Part shown: positions 56,213 through 64,000 of the stretch, piece by piece
Layout of the letters: each line of letters opens with the position of its first letter
Numbering within the stretch: the stretch's first letter is position 1
Assembly: GCA_947628755.1 (NCBI GenBank)
Contig: CANRBC010000004.1
Span: forward strand, 20,880-84,879
DNA: 64,000 bases
Source of the DNA: an uncultured Clostridia bacterium
Lineage (GTDB): Bacteria > Bacillota > Clostridia > Lachnospirales > CAG-274
Direction: 5' to 3'
Program-made: the position numbers and the translations under genes
Notes under the pieces: model-generated
Database searches by the model: none
What the model saw: only the letters and a program-made list of their open reading frames with translations
What the model was told of the DNA's origin: nothing

Positions 56213-56258
56213 CATATAAACAACCGATTTTACCGTGGCAAGGTCACGGGAAAATTAT
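56213..56258. repeat. Direct repeat copy 2 flanking the KilA-N gene
   Basis: catataaacaaccgattttaccgtggcaaggtcacgggaaaattat. It ends in the stop codon of the dehydrogenase gene. Confidence 0.75.
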
Positions 56259-57514
56259 ATTGTACCGTCGCCCAGAAGCACGTATTTTGCGCCTGCCTTT
56301 TCAACAGCAGCCCTGCTCCAGAAGTTTCTGGTATCGAGTATTATCTTGCTGTTCATGACTTCTGTGAGCTTGGCAAAATCCACGTCCTTGAATTCGTCGT
56401 GATTTACGCCAAGAACAGCTATATCAGCTCCCTTTGGAGCTTCGTATATATCGAAATCCTCGCTGAGCTTTTCCCCTGCGTGCGGGTCGCATATCCTTAC
56501 ATTTACGCCCTTTGCCTTTAAGCTGTTTGCAAGGTGCATAACGGGAGATTCTCTTACATCGTCTATATTTGGCTTATAGGTAACGCCGTAAAGAGCAACT
56601 GTCTTGCCCTCAAGACCGCCTATAAGTCCTGCAATTTTGTTCTCTACGAACTCAGGCATAGAGTCGTTGTTAAGTCTGCCCTGATGAATGAGCTTGGCGT
56701 TTTTGCTCTTTTCTACCAAGAACCATGGGTCAAGAGCTATACAGTGACCGCCTACGCCCGGACCCGGAGAGAGAATATTTACTCTTGGGTGCTGATTTGC
56801 CATTCTTATAACGTCCCAGCAGTTTACGCCCAGCTCCTCGCTCATTTTGGCAAGCTCGTTGGCAAGAGCTATATTTACATCTCTGAAGGTATTTTCCATG
56901 AGCTTGCACATTTCGGCAGTAGTAGATGTAGTTATAAATATCTCGCCCTCTACAATGCTTTCATATACCTTCTTTACCTCAAGGCTTGACTTTTCGTTGA
57001 TACCGCCTACTATACGGCTGTTTGTCCTTAACTCCTCCAGTACCCTGCCCGGAAGTATTCTCTCGGGAGAATGAGCCACAAGAAGCTCCTCGCCTAATTC
57101 AAGACCCGTTTCCTTAAGTATGGGAAGCATAAGGTCTACTACTGTTCTCGGAGGTGATGTGGACTCCAGTATAACTATATTGCCCTTTCTTACATGGGGA
57201 ACAATAGCCTTTGTAGCGGATTCCACATATCTCATATCCGCAGTCTTGTCCTCATTGATAGGAGTAGGAACGGCTATGATATATACGTCGCAGTCGTCGG
57301 GACAGGTGGTCTGCGCGGTAAGCTGACCCTTAGCCACAACATCCTTTACAAGGTCGCCGAGACCGGGCTCTTCGATTATTATTTCGCCCTTGTTAAGAGC
57401 ATTTACAGCCTTTTCGTTAAGGTCGTAGCCTACGACCCTATGACCCTTTGAGGCAAACATTGCTGCAGTAGGCAAGCCAACGTATCCTATACCTATAACA
57501 CAGATGCTTTTCAT
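56255..57514 (-). CDS. UDP-N-acetyl-D-mannosamine dehydrogenase-like nucleotide-sugar dehydrogenase (WecC/Cap5O family)
   Basis: MKSICVIGIGYVGLPTAAMFA Rossmann start, IIIEEPGL, and the catalytic-Cys region GPGVGGHCI. Confidence 0.75.
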   Translation of the reverse strand: MKSICVIGIGYVGLPTAAMFASKGHRVVGYDLNEKAVNALNKGEIIIEEPGLGDLVKDVVAKGQLTAQTTCPDDCDVYIIAVPTPINEDKTADMRYVESATKAIVPHVRKGNIVILESTSPPRTVVDLMLPILKETGLELGEELLVAHSPERILPGRVLEELRTNSRIVGGINEKSSLEVKKVYESIVEGEIFITTSTTAEMCKLMENTFRDVNIALANELAKMSEELGVNCWDVIRMANQHPRVNILSPGPGVGGHCIALDPWFLVEKSKNAKLIHQGRLNNDSMPEFVENKIAGLIGGLEGKTVALYGVTYKPNIDDVRESPVMHLANSLKAKGVNVRICDPHAGEKLSEDFDIYEAPKGADIAVLGVNHDEFKDVDFAKLTEVMNSKIILDTRNFWSRAAVEKAGAKYVLLGDGTI

Positions 57515-57543
57515 ATTGATTTCTTCCTTTCGTTATATAAAAT

Positions 57544-59040
57544 TTATTTTATTCTCGCTTTAATTACGGCAAGCTCGTCTTTTATCTCGCCTGTAACGCA
57601 AAGTACAATACCATATACTATAATACCACAAATCACAAATATTGCCAAACATAATTTATTGTCGGGAAGTATGAGCTTAAGTATTTCTATAACAGCTACC
57701 ATTACAGCTGCGGAAAACAGTATTCTGAAAAGGCGCTTTGGCTCTATTGTCCACTTAAGATACTTTCTTGTGCCCCACCTTGCCATAAGGAAGTAAGCAA
57801 AGAAGCCTATGAAAGTGGTGACTGCCGCTATTGCGTAGCTGTCCGTCAGCTTTATCACTATATAGAACAGCGCTACCTTCATTATACCGCTTATAAGACT
57901 TCTCTTGAATATGGCGCTTGTGTTGGAATTAAGCTCCCAGTGCTTTATGGAATACTCCGTAAGTCCCAAAAACATCATGCCCAAGGCTACCCAGAACATA
58001 ACTATATGTCCCTCAAAATAGCTTTTCTCAAAAAGGGCTCTTGCGGCAGCGTCGCTTACTGCAAATACACCTGCCACAGCGGGAATAGCCACTAGCATAT
58101 ACATTCTGACCGCTTGATTTAAAAGCGTCTTTACGTCGTCTTTTCTACCCTCTGACCATGCTCTTAATATAGTAGGATAGCAGCCTCGCATTACTGAGGC
58201 GTTAAGCAGAGTAAAGGCTGTGGATATAAGGGAATAGTTTGTCTGATAAACTCCCGAAGCGCCTAAGCCCAGTGCCGCCGTAACTATAAGAGCGTCTGAA
58301 CGTGTAAGACAGGAGGTTGCAAGCTGATTGCCCATAAGAGGCATACCGTAGCCCTTAAGCTCCTTTAAAATAGCCTTGTCCGCCTTGCCCTTTATATAGC
58401 TGAAAATTTTAAGACGCTTTGCGCCTATTACGGATACCGCAAGGTCTGTAAGGAAATAGCTTAAGAATATCCACTCCACCTTATTGCCCCACAGCATACA
58501 GAAGGCTACCATAAGCACAAGTCTTCCGCATACGGTTATTATTGAAAGAAGCAGATTCAGCTTTGCCTCTCTTATGGCGGCAAGCATTGAAATCATAAGC
58601 TGCGCCGTATTATATGTTACAAGCCACAGCACGCAGCATACAAGAAGCCTTCCGCTGTATATACTCATAAATTTCTGAACTATGGGAGTGCCTCTGAAAA
58701 ATATTATTGCAATGGCATACAGCGCTACCGCTATTGCAACGGAAATTACATTTACCTTAAGCCATGCCGAAAATACCGTTGAATAAAAGTCCTGATGTCT
58801 GCCCTCTATATCGTATTTGTTTATATATCTCAGCACAGACTGTACGAGCCATTGTATGGCGACCATGCCCACAGTCGTTATAATAATGTTGGCATTGTTG
58901 TAAAGACCCATCTGACTGTCTATATAGAGATAGGTCATGGCGGACATTGTGACAATACCCACAATGCCCTCTATTGCCTTGGCTATCATATATATAATTG
59001 TTTCCTTGCCCATTGTAGCCTTTTTTGCTGTTTCCGACAT
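57544..59040 (-). CDS. Polysaccharide flippase (Wzx/MOP superfamily)
   Basis: 498 aa with about 14 transmembrane segments. Located in the polysaccharide locus. Confidence 0.75.
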   Translation of the reverse strand: MSETAKKATMGKETIIYMIAKAIEGIVGIVTMSAMTYLYIDSQMGLYNNANIIITTVGMVAIQWLVQSVLRYINKYDIEGRHQDFYSTVFSAWLKVNVISVAIAVALYAIAIIFFRGTPIVQKFMSIYSGRLLVCCVLWLVTYNTAQLMISMLAAIREAKLNLLLSIITVCGRLVLMVAFCMLWGNKVEWIFLSYFLTDLAVSVIGAKRLKIFSYIKGKADKAILKELKGYGMPLMGNQLATSCLTRSDALIVTAALGLGASGVYQTNYSLISTAFTLLNASVMRGCYPTILRAWSEGRKDDVKTLLNQAVRMYMLVAIPAVAGVFAVSDAAARALFEKSYFEGHIVMFWVALGMMFLGLTEYSIKHWELNSNTSAIFKRSLISGIMKVALFYIVIKLTDSYAIAAVTTFIGFFAYFLMARWGTRKYLKWTIEPKRLFRILFSAAVMVAVIEILKLILPDNKLCLAIFVICGIIVYGIVLCVTGEIKDELAVIKARIK

Positions 59041-59051
59041 AGTGACCTCGC

Positions 59052-61868
59052 TTAGCCTATATTGCTGAATTCATAATACATATCGTTTTCGTTGCCCTTG
59101 AGCCTTAAATACTGAAGAGAGCTTCCTCTTATGCCCGGGATATTTATATATCTTACGCCGTCCTTAAGCTCGGAATAGCTGCTTTCTCCTACGGATGAAA
59201 GAACTATTACATTCTTGCCATTGTCGTGTACGGCTGTTTTGAATATATCGTGAAGAGCGTCCCTTTCTCTGTAATCCTTTATGCCCGACCACAGATAGCT
59301 GTCCATCATTACCACTATATTGTTTTTGCTCAAATTGGAAATATAGTCCTGCAAATATCTCCACTGGTCTGTGCCTGCAGATTTGACGCTTCCGCCTGCT
59401 ATACCTATTGACACAAATGAAAATCTTTGACTGCTGTTAGTGGCATATTTATTCTGCCATGCCACGGTAGTAACGCCGGAATTGTTTGTAATACCACTCT
59501 TAAGCACGAGAGCAGAGGCGTTTTTAGCCATGGCGGAAATAAGCTGATTTGACGCCGCCGTACTTATGCCGTCTGAATATCCGAATACGGAGATTTCCTC
59601 ATAGTCGCCTATAACGGAGCTGAGATCTCTGTTCATATAGTCGTTTACGTCACTTCTTGCGCCGCTGCCCATATTTAAGGGAGCAAACGCCACAAGGTTA
59701 TCTACATATACCGTTCCGCTAAGTCCGTCAATATCGTCTGTATTAAGGCAGGATACATATATTTTATCCAGCTTTACCGGTGTTGAAAGATTGGTAGGCA
59801 CAGATATTTTTGCCTGCTGCCACTGTGTATTGAGCAGACTGTCAGCCACAAGTATATTTTCCTCGTGACCGTCGTTGTCCGTAAAGCGCACATTCAGCAG
59901 ATATTTACTTCCGTCGCCCTTATACCACAGCATAAGGTCGGAGGTATCGGCAGGAAGCATTATAGGCTTTTCGTCAAAGCCTGCATATACCGCCTGTGTC
60001 GTGGTCATATTGTCAACAAAGCCGTAGTCTATTTTAAGACAGCTGTTTCCGTCTGAGCCTACGCCCTTTTCTATACTTGCAGAGCCTGTAAGTCCCGAAT
60101 CCGCAGGGTAGAAAAGCATATTCATATTTCTGCGGGACTCAAAGCTGTTAATGGCAATATGCTTTTTGCCTACGGCTATTTTAAGAGAGGAGCTTACGTC
60201 ATAGCCTGACGCCGTAACAGTGGCAGTACCCTCGCTTTTGGCTACGAAATAGCCGTTTTCCACAGTACCTATACTTTCGTCGTCTACGCTCCATCTTATA
60301 TTGTTCTGGTCTATATCAAGAGAATAACCGTCTCTGTTAAGTAAAACTGCGCTGAGCTTTGTTTTCTCGCCTACGCCAAGGGCGTATACGTCGGCAGTTG
60401 CCTGCAAAGCCGCCGCGCCCTTAAGTATGGTAACGTCCACAGAGCCTGAAATATCCCCGTAAGTAACGGTGATTCTGCCCTTGCCCTCAACGCTTGGTGT
60501 GAATTTATTTTCATCCCATGTACCGTCAAAGGAGGAGCTGAACTGCAGCTTGCCAAGATCCGGCTCTATTTCCTTCATAGTGCCGTCGTAAAGCCTTATA
60601 TTTACCGTACTTGGAAAGTCCTTGAACATATAGTTGTTCTCGTCCTCGGCTATGTAGGGCTTAAGGAAGGAGGGCTTTCCCGCCTCGCCTACTGCCTTTA
60701 TGCCAAGACCGTTGGCAACGGAGCGCAGAGAGCCTTCGCTTGGTACGTTTACCACCTTAGTGCCGTCGGAATCCTCTGTCTGCACAGCCATTGTAGTAGA
60801 GCCGCCGCCGTCAAAGTGTATAGCGTCATAGCAGCCGTATTCACGCATAATGTTGGCAGCCTCCGTATGGGTAGCGCCTATGCCGTTTCTTCTGCCGTCT
60901 ATACACACTATGTATATTTTGGTTTTATCCTTGTTTACGCCTATCATTGTACGGGGATTTCTGACATTCTGACCTATTATAAGTCCGCTTGCCACATTCT
61001 CGCCGTTTCTCAGAAGCTCGCCGCCTCCGCTTAAGCCCAGCTCTATTGAGGATATGCTCTTAGCCTCTCTGAAAACGAATTTTTCATCCTCGGCAAAGCG
61101 CACCTCCATACCCGTTGAGAACTTGGACAATACCGCATCCCTTTGGGAATTTGGTACTGCTATTATATAACCGTTCTCAGGTATCGTCACCGTTACACCC
61201 GGGTCTGTAATGCTCGTTATAACATTACCCTCCACTACTATTTTCGTCAGCTTTGTAAATGTTTTGTCCAGTGACGACGTATCGCTCATAACGTTTCTGT
61301 CAAAGTACACGGGCTTTGAAAAATCCGTGACCTTATTCTTTGCGCCCAATACTATTGAGCTGTCGGATGGTCCGTAAAATCCCATTGAGCTTTTCACATA
61401 GTCTATAAAGGGTATGCCCTCGTTGTCTATAAAAAAGCCTGCGTATCTGTTTTCGTTGCCGTTGTAATAATTCTGCGCGGCTACCATCTGACCGTTGCCT
61501 GCAACCTGTCCCATGCTGGACATTCTGCTGCCTGAGCCGAAAAAGTCGCCGTTTACCGCGGCTATAACGCCGTTGTCCTTTGCCAGCTTGTCCACAGAAG
61601 CCTTAAAGCCAAGACCGTCTACGCTTTCTATTACGTCGAGAGCAAGATTTGTTTCCTTTGCGTCGACAGTCAGCACATAAATATCCATCCAGCCTGCGGG
61701 ATACAGTCTTCTGCTCTTTTCGTAGGTAAGACCCTTTGCAATTTCCTGTATGTCCTTTTTCTCATAAAGCACGCCGTTTGCAGCCGATACATTAACAAGT
61801 CCCAATGAGGACAGGACTATTGAAACAGCCATGCCTATACTGCTTAAACCTTTCATTACCTTTTTCAT
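59052..61868 (-). CDS. Secreted phosphodiester glycosidase (NAGPA/DUF2233) family protein with Ig-like (Big_2-like) and C-terminal domains
   Basis: Signal peptide MKKVMKGLSSIGMAVSIVLSSLGLVNVSA, with the start at 61868. NAGPA core ...AVNGDFF... and HFDGGGSTTM. The 43 upstream codons of the track ORF are rejected. Confidence 0.7.
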   Translation of the reverse strand: MKKVMKGLSSIGMAVSIVLSSLGLVNVSAANGVLYEKKDIQEIAKGLTYEKSRRLYPAGWMDIYVLTVDAKETNLALDVIESVDGLGFKASVDKLAKDNGVIAAVNGDFFGSGSRMSSMGQVAGNGQMVAAQNYYNGNENRYAGFFIDNEGIPFIDYVKSSMGFYGPSDSSIVLGAKNKVTDFSKPVYFDRNVMSDTSSLDKTFTKLTKIVVEGNVITSITDPGVTVTIPENGYIIAVPNSQRDAVLSKFSTGMEVRFAEDEKFVFREAKSISSIELGLSGGGELLRNGENVASGLIIGQNVRNPRTMIGVNKDKTKIYIVCIDGRRNGIGATHTEAANIMREYGCYDAIHFDGGGSTTMAVQTEDSDGTKVVNVPSEGSLRSVANGLGIKAVGEAGKPSFLKPYIAEDENNYMFKDFPSTVNIRLYDGTMKEIEPDLGKLQFSSSFDGTWDENKFTPSVEGKGRITVTYGDISGSVDVTILKGAAALQATADVYALGVGEKTKLSAVLLNRDGYSLDIDQNNIRWSVDDESIGTVENGYFVAKSEGTATVTASGYDVSSSLKIAVGKKHIAINSFESRRNMNMLFYPADSGLTGSASIEKGVGSDGNSCLKIDYGFVDNMTTTQAVYAGFDEKPIMLPADTSDLMLWYKGDGSKYLLNVRFTDNDGHEENILVADSLLNTQWQQAKISVPTNLSTPVKLDKIYVSCLNTDDIDGLSGTVYVDNLVAFAPLNMGSGARSDVNDYMNRDLSSVIGDYEEISVFGYSDGISTAASNQLISAMAKNASALVLKSGITNNSGVTTVAWQNKYATNSSQRFSFVSIGIAGGSVKSAGTDQWRYLQDYISNLSKNNIVVMMDSYLWSGIKDYRERDALHDIFKTAVHDNGKNVIVLSSVGESSYSELKDGVRYINIPGIRGSSLQYLRLKGNENDMYYEFSNIG

Positions 61869-62009
61869 ATACAAATCTCCAATCTGAACACATTTATACA
61901 GTATGATTATACAACTATATTTATTAAATTTCAACGAATTAGGGATTATGTAATTAATTTGTAAAAAAAGGAGACTCTTGGGAGAGGGAGAGGGCATATA
62001 TTCGACATT

Positions 62010-62051
62010 AAAAACAGTCGGCAGGAAAACGCTTCCCGACCGACCGTTTTT
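62010..62051 (-). terminator. Imperfect bidirectional hairpin downstream of copA
   Basis: aaaaacagtcggcagg...cccgaccgaccgttttt, flanked by A5 and T5. Confidence 0.5.
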
Positions 62052-62060
62052 AATACTAAA

Positions 62061-64000
62061 TTATCCGACTACCTTATAGCCCTGCTCCTCAATAGCCTTT
62101 GAAAGGGCGGACATATCCACGTCGCTGTTAAGCGTAACAACGGCAGTACCCTTTTCGTGGCTTGCAACGGCGCTGTCTACCTGGGGAAAGGCTTCAAGGC
62201 ACTTCTTAACGGCTGCCTCACAGTGAGGACACATCATACCTTCGATTTTAATTGTTTTTTCCATAGCTTCAGTCTCCTTTTTTTCTTTTATTTTTTTATC
62301 CTTTTTGGAGGAATAAATATTGACAAAATTAAGTCTTAGGGCGTTTGATACCACGCAAAAGCTGGAAAGGCTCATTGCCGCTGCGGCAAACATAGGGTTA
62401 AGCCCTATGCCGAACAGAGGTATAAGCACTCCTGCGGCAATAGGTATGCCTATTATATTGTAGAAAAATGCCCAGAAAAGATTTTCGTGTATATTCCTTA
62501 GGGTAGCTCTGCTCAGCCTTATGGCGGCAGGCACATCGCTTAATCTGCTGTTCATAAGCACAAGGTCTGCGGCGTCTATGGCAATATCCGTGCCTGCGCC
62601 TATGGCTATGCCCGTATCTGCAGCCGTAAGGGCAGGAGCGTCGTTTATACCGTCGCCTGTCATAGCCACCTTGCCCTTGCTCTTAAGTGAGGCTATTGCC
62701 TTTTCCTTGCCGTCGGGCAGCACTCCTGCAAGCACGCTGTCAACTCCCGACTGCCTTCCTATGGCGGCGGCTGTTTTTTCATTATCGCCAGTTATCATTA
62801 CCACCTGTATGCCCATATTTTTAAGCTCCTTTATGGCAGAGGGACTGTCTTCCTTTATAACGTCTGCAACGGCTATAATGCCTTTGAATAAGCTGTCCTC
62901 GGCAAACAGAAGGGGAGTTTTGCCCTCGGCGGAGAGCTTTTCACACATATCTGCCATATCTTGGGGTATGTCTGCAATACCGCCTATAAATTTCATATTT
63001 CCCCCCGAAAGCGTTTTATTGCCAAGAGCCGCCGTAAGTCCGCTGCCCGGCAGAGCCTTGAAATTCGTTACCTCCGAAGGCGCAATACCCTCTTCCTGTC
63101 CTCTTTGTATAACTGCCTTTGCCAGAGGATGCTCGCTTTTTTGCTCAAGAGCGCAGGCAATATCCATAAGCCTGCCTCTGTCAACGCCCTCAGAGGGTAT
63201 TATATCCGTTACCACAGGCTCGCCCTTTGTTATAGTGCCTGTTTTATCCAGCGCCACAACATTTACTCTGCCTGTTTCCTCCAGAGAAAGAGCCGTCTTG
63301 AAAAGTATGCCGTGTCTTGCGCCTACGCCGCTGCCTACCATAATGGCAACAGGCGTTGCCAGACCAAGGGCGCAGGGACAGCTTATTACAAGCACCGAAA
63401 TTCCCCTTGCCAGAGCAAAGCCGAAGCTCTCCCCCACTATAAGCCATAGGGCTATTGTTATTATGGCTATTGTAATTACCGTAGGCACAAATACTCCCGA
63501 TACCCTGTCGGCTATTTTGGCAATGGGAGCTTTTGTAGCCGCGGCGTCGCTTACCATTTTTATTATCTGAGAAAGAGTGGTATCCTCGCCTACTCTCGTT
63601 GCCTCACAGCGAATATAGCCGGACTGATTGACCGTCGCCGCAGATACCTTATCTCCCTCTGCCTTGTCTACGGGTATGCTTTCTCCCGTAAGGGCGGATT
63701 CGTCAACTGCGCTTGTACCTTCAAGCACTATACCGTCTACGGGTATGCTTTCTCCCGGACGTACCGCAAATATATCTCCTTTTTTTACCTGCTCTATGGG
63801 AACTGTCCTTTCCCTTCCCCCGGATATTATAACAGCTGTCTTGGGCGCTAAATTCATAAGTCCCTTTATGGCGTCGGTAGTCTTTCCCTTAGACCTTGCC
63901 TCAAGCATTTTTCCAACTGTAATAAGTGTCAGTATCATAGCCGCGGATTCAAAATAGAATTCGTGCATATATTTCATTTCCGCAGCCATATCCCCCGCAA
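62061..64000 (-). CDS. copA: Copper-translocating P1B-type ATPase (N-terminus outside the window) with a C-terminal HMA domain
   Basis: [11 protein letters not shown] (CPC), [15 protein letters not shown]. The C-terminal 67 aa [21 protein letters not shown]... form a ferredoxin-like heavy-metal-associated domain. The ORF is open to the window edge. Confidence 0.9.
   Translation of the reverse strand, partial: AGDMAAEMKYMHEFYFESAAMILTLITVGKMLEARSKGKTTDAIKGLMNLAPKTAVIISGGRERTVPIEQVKKGDIFAVRPGESIPVDGIVLEGTSAVDESALTGESIPVDKAEGDKVSAATVNQSGYIRCEATRVGEDTTLSQIIKMVSDAAATKAPIAKIADRVSGVFVPTVITIAIITIALWLIVGESFGFALARGISVLVISCPCALGLATPVAIMVGSGVGARHGILFKTALSLEETGRVNVVALDKTGTITKGEPVVTDIIPSEGVDRGRLMDIACALEQKSEHPLAKAVIQRGQEEGIAPSEVTNFKALPGSGLTAALGNKTLSGGNMKFIGGIADIPQDMADMCEKLSAEGKTPLLFAEDSLFKGIIAVADVIKEDSPSAIKELKNMGIQVVMITGDNEKTAAAIGRQSGVDSVLAGVLPDGKEKAIASLKSKGKVAMTGDGINDAPALTAADTGIAIGAGTDIAIDAADLVLMNSRLSDVPAAIRLSRATLRNIHENLFWAFFYNIIGIPIAAGVLIPLFGIGLNPMFAAAAMSLSSFCVVSNALRLNFVNIYSSKKDKKIKEKKETEAMEKTIKIEGMMCPHCEAAVKKCLEAFPQVDSAVASHEKGTAVVTLNSDVDMSALSKAIEEQGYKVVG

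Overview
The window has two parts. Nt 1 to about 17,650 (+ strand) is the right arm of a PBSX/P2-like contractile-tail prophage. In order it carries: tail chaperone pair, tape measure, LysM protein, XkdQ-like hub with an NlpC/P60 domain, baseplate genes (gp25/W-like, J-like, I-like), three fibre genes, a lysis cassette, and a roughly 2.9 kb accessory operon. That operon has a consensus promoter, four tiny acidic or Zn-ribbon proteins, an ArdC-like antirestriction protein and two unknowns. No integrase, head or packaging genes are in the window, so the left end and the att sites cannot be defined.

Nt 17,695-18,041 (- strand) is a four-tRNA operon: Leu, Gly, Gln, Gln. The rest is ordinary chromosome of a sporulating, probably cellulosome-producing Clostridia (Ruminococcus-like; inferred from sigG, a dockerin-bearing pectate lyase and gene content). 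It contains:
- lgt, two M16 peptidases and sigG
- pectate lyase and galE
- a [FeFe]-hydrogenase cluster with nrdR
- thrC
- a yybP-ykoY (Mn2+) riboswitch in front of a CaCA-family exchanger
- pgk-tpiA-gpmI-eno
- tagO-like gene, upp, rpiB, tsaC/sua5, radA, dapF
- a cell-wall polysaccharide locus (tagA, csaB, O-antigen-ligase-like gene, two GT4 genes, wecC-like gene, flippase, phosphodiester glycosidase)
- the 3' part of a copA-type P-type ATPase, which runs off the window

I found no clear, complete novel multi-gene system. The items most worth a second look are:
1. Two intergenic loci (26378-26668 and 37817-38073), each built from an inverted pair of the same two-hairpin module. The stems covary between copies.
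2. The prophage accessory operon of tiny acidic proteins plus ArdC.
3. A tRNA-Leu whose anticodon reads AAG.
4. A chimeric ORF created by a tandem segmental duplication across the csaB 3' end.
5. A KilA-N gene inserted in the polysaccharide locus between duplicated intergenic segments.
6. The Mn riboswitch paired with a CaCA exchanger.

All family assignments come from motif recognition by eye. No database search was run.
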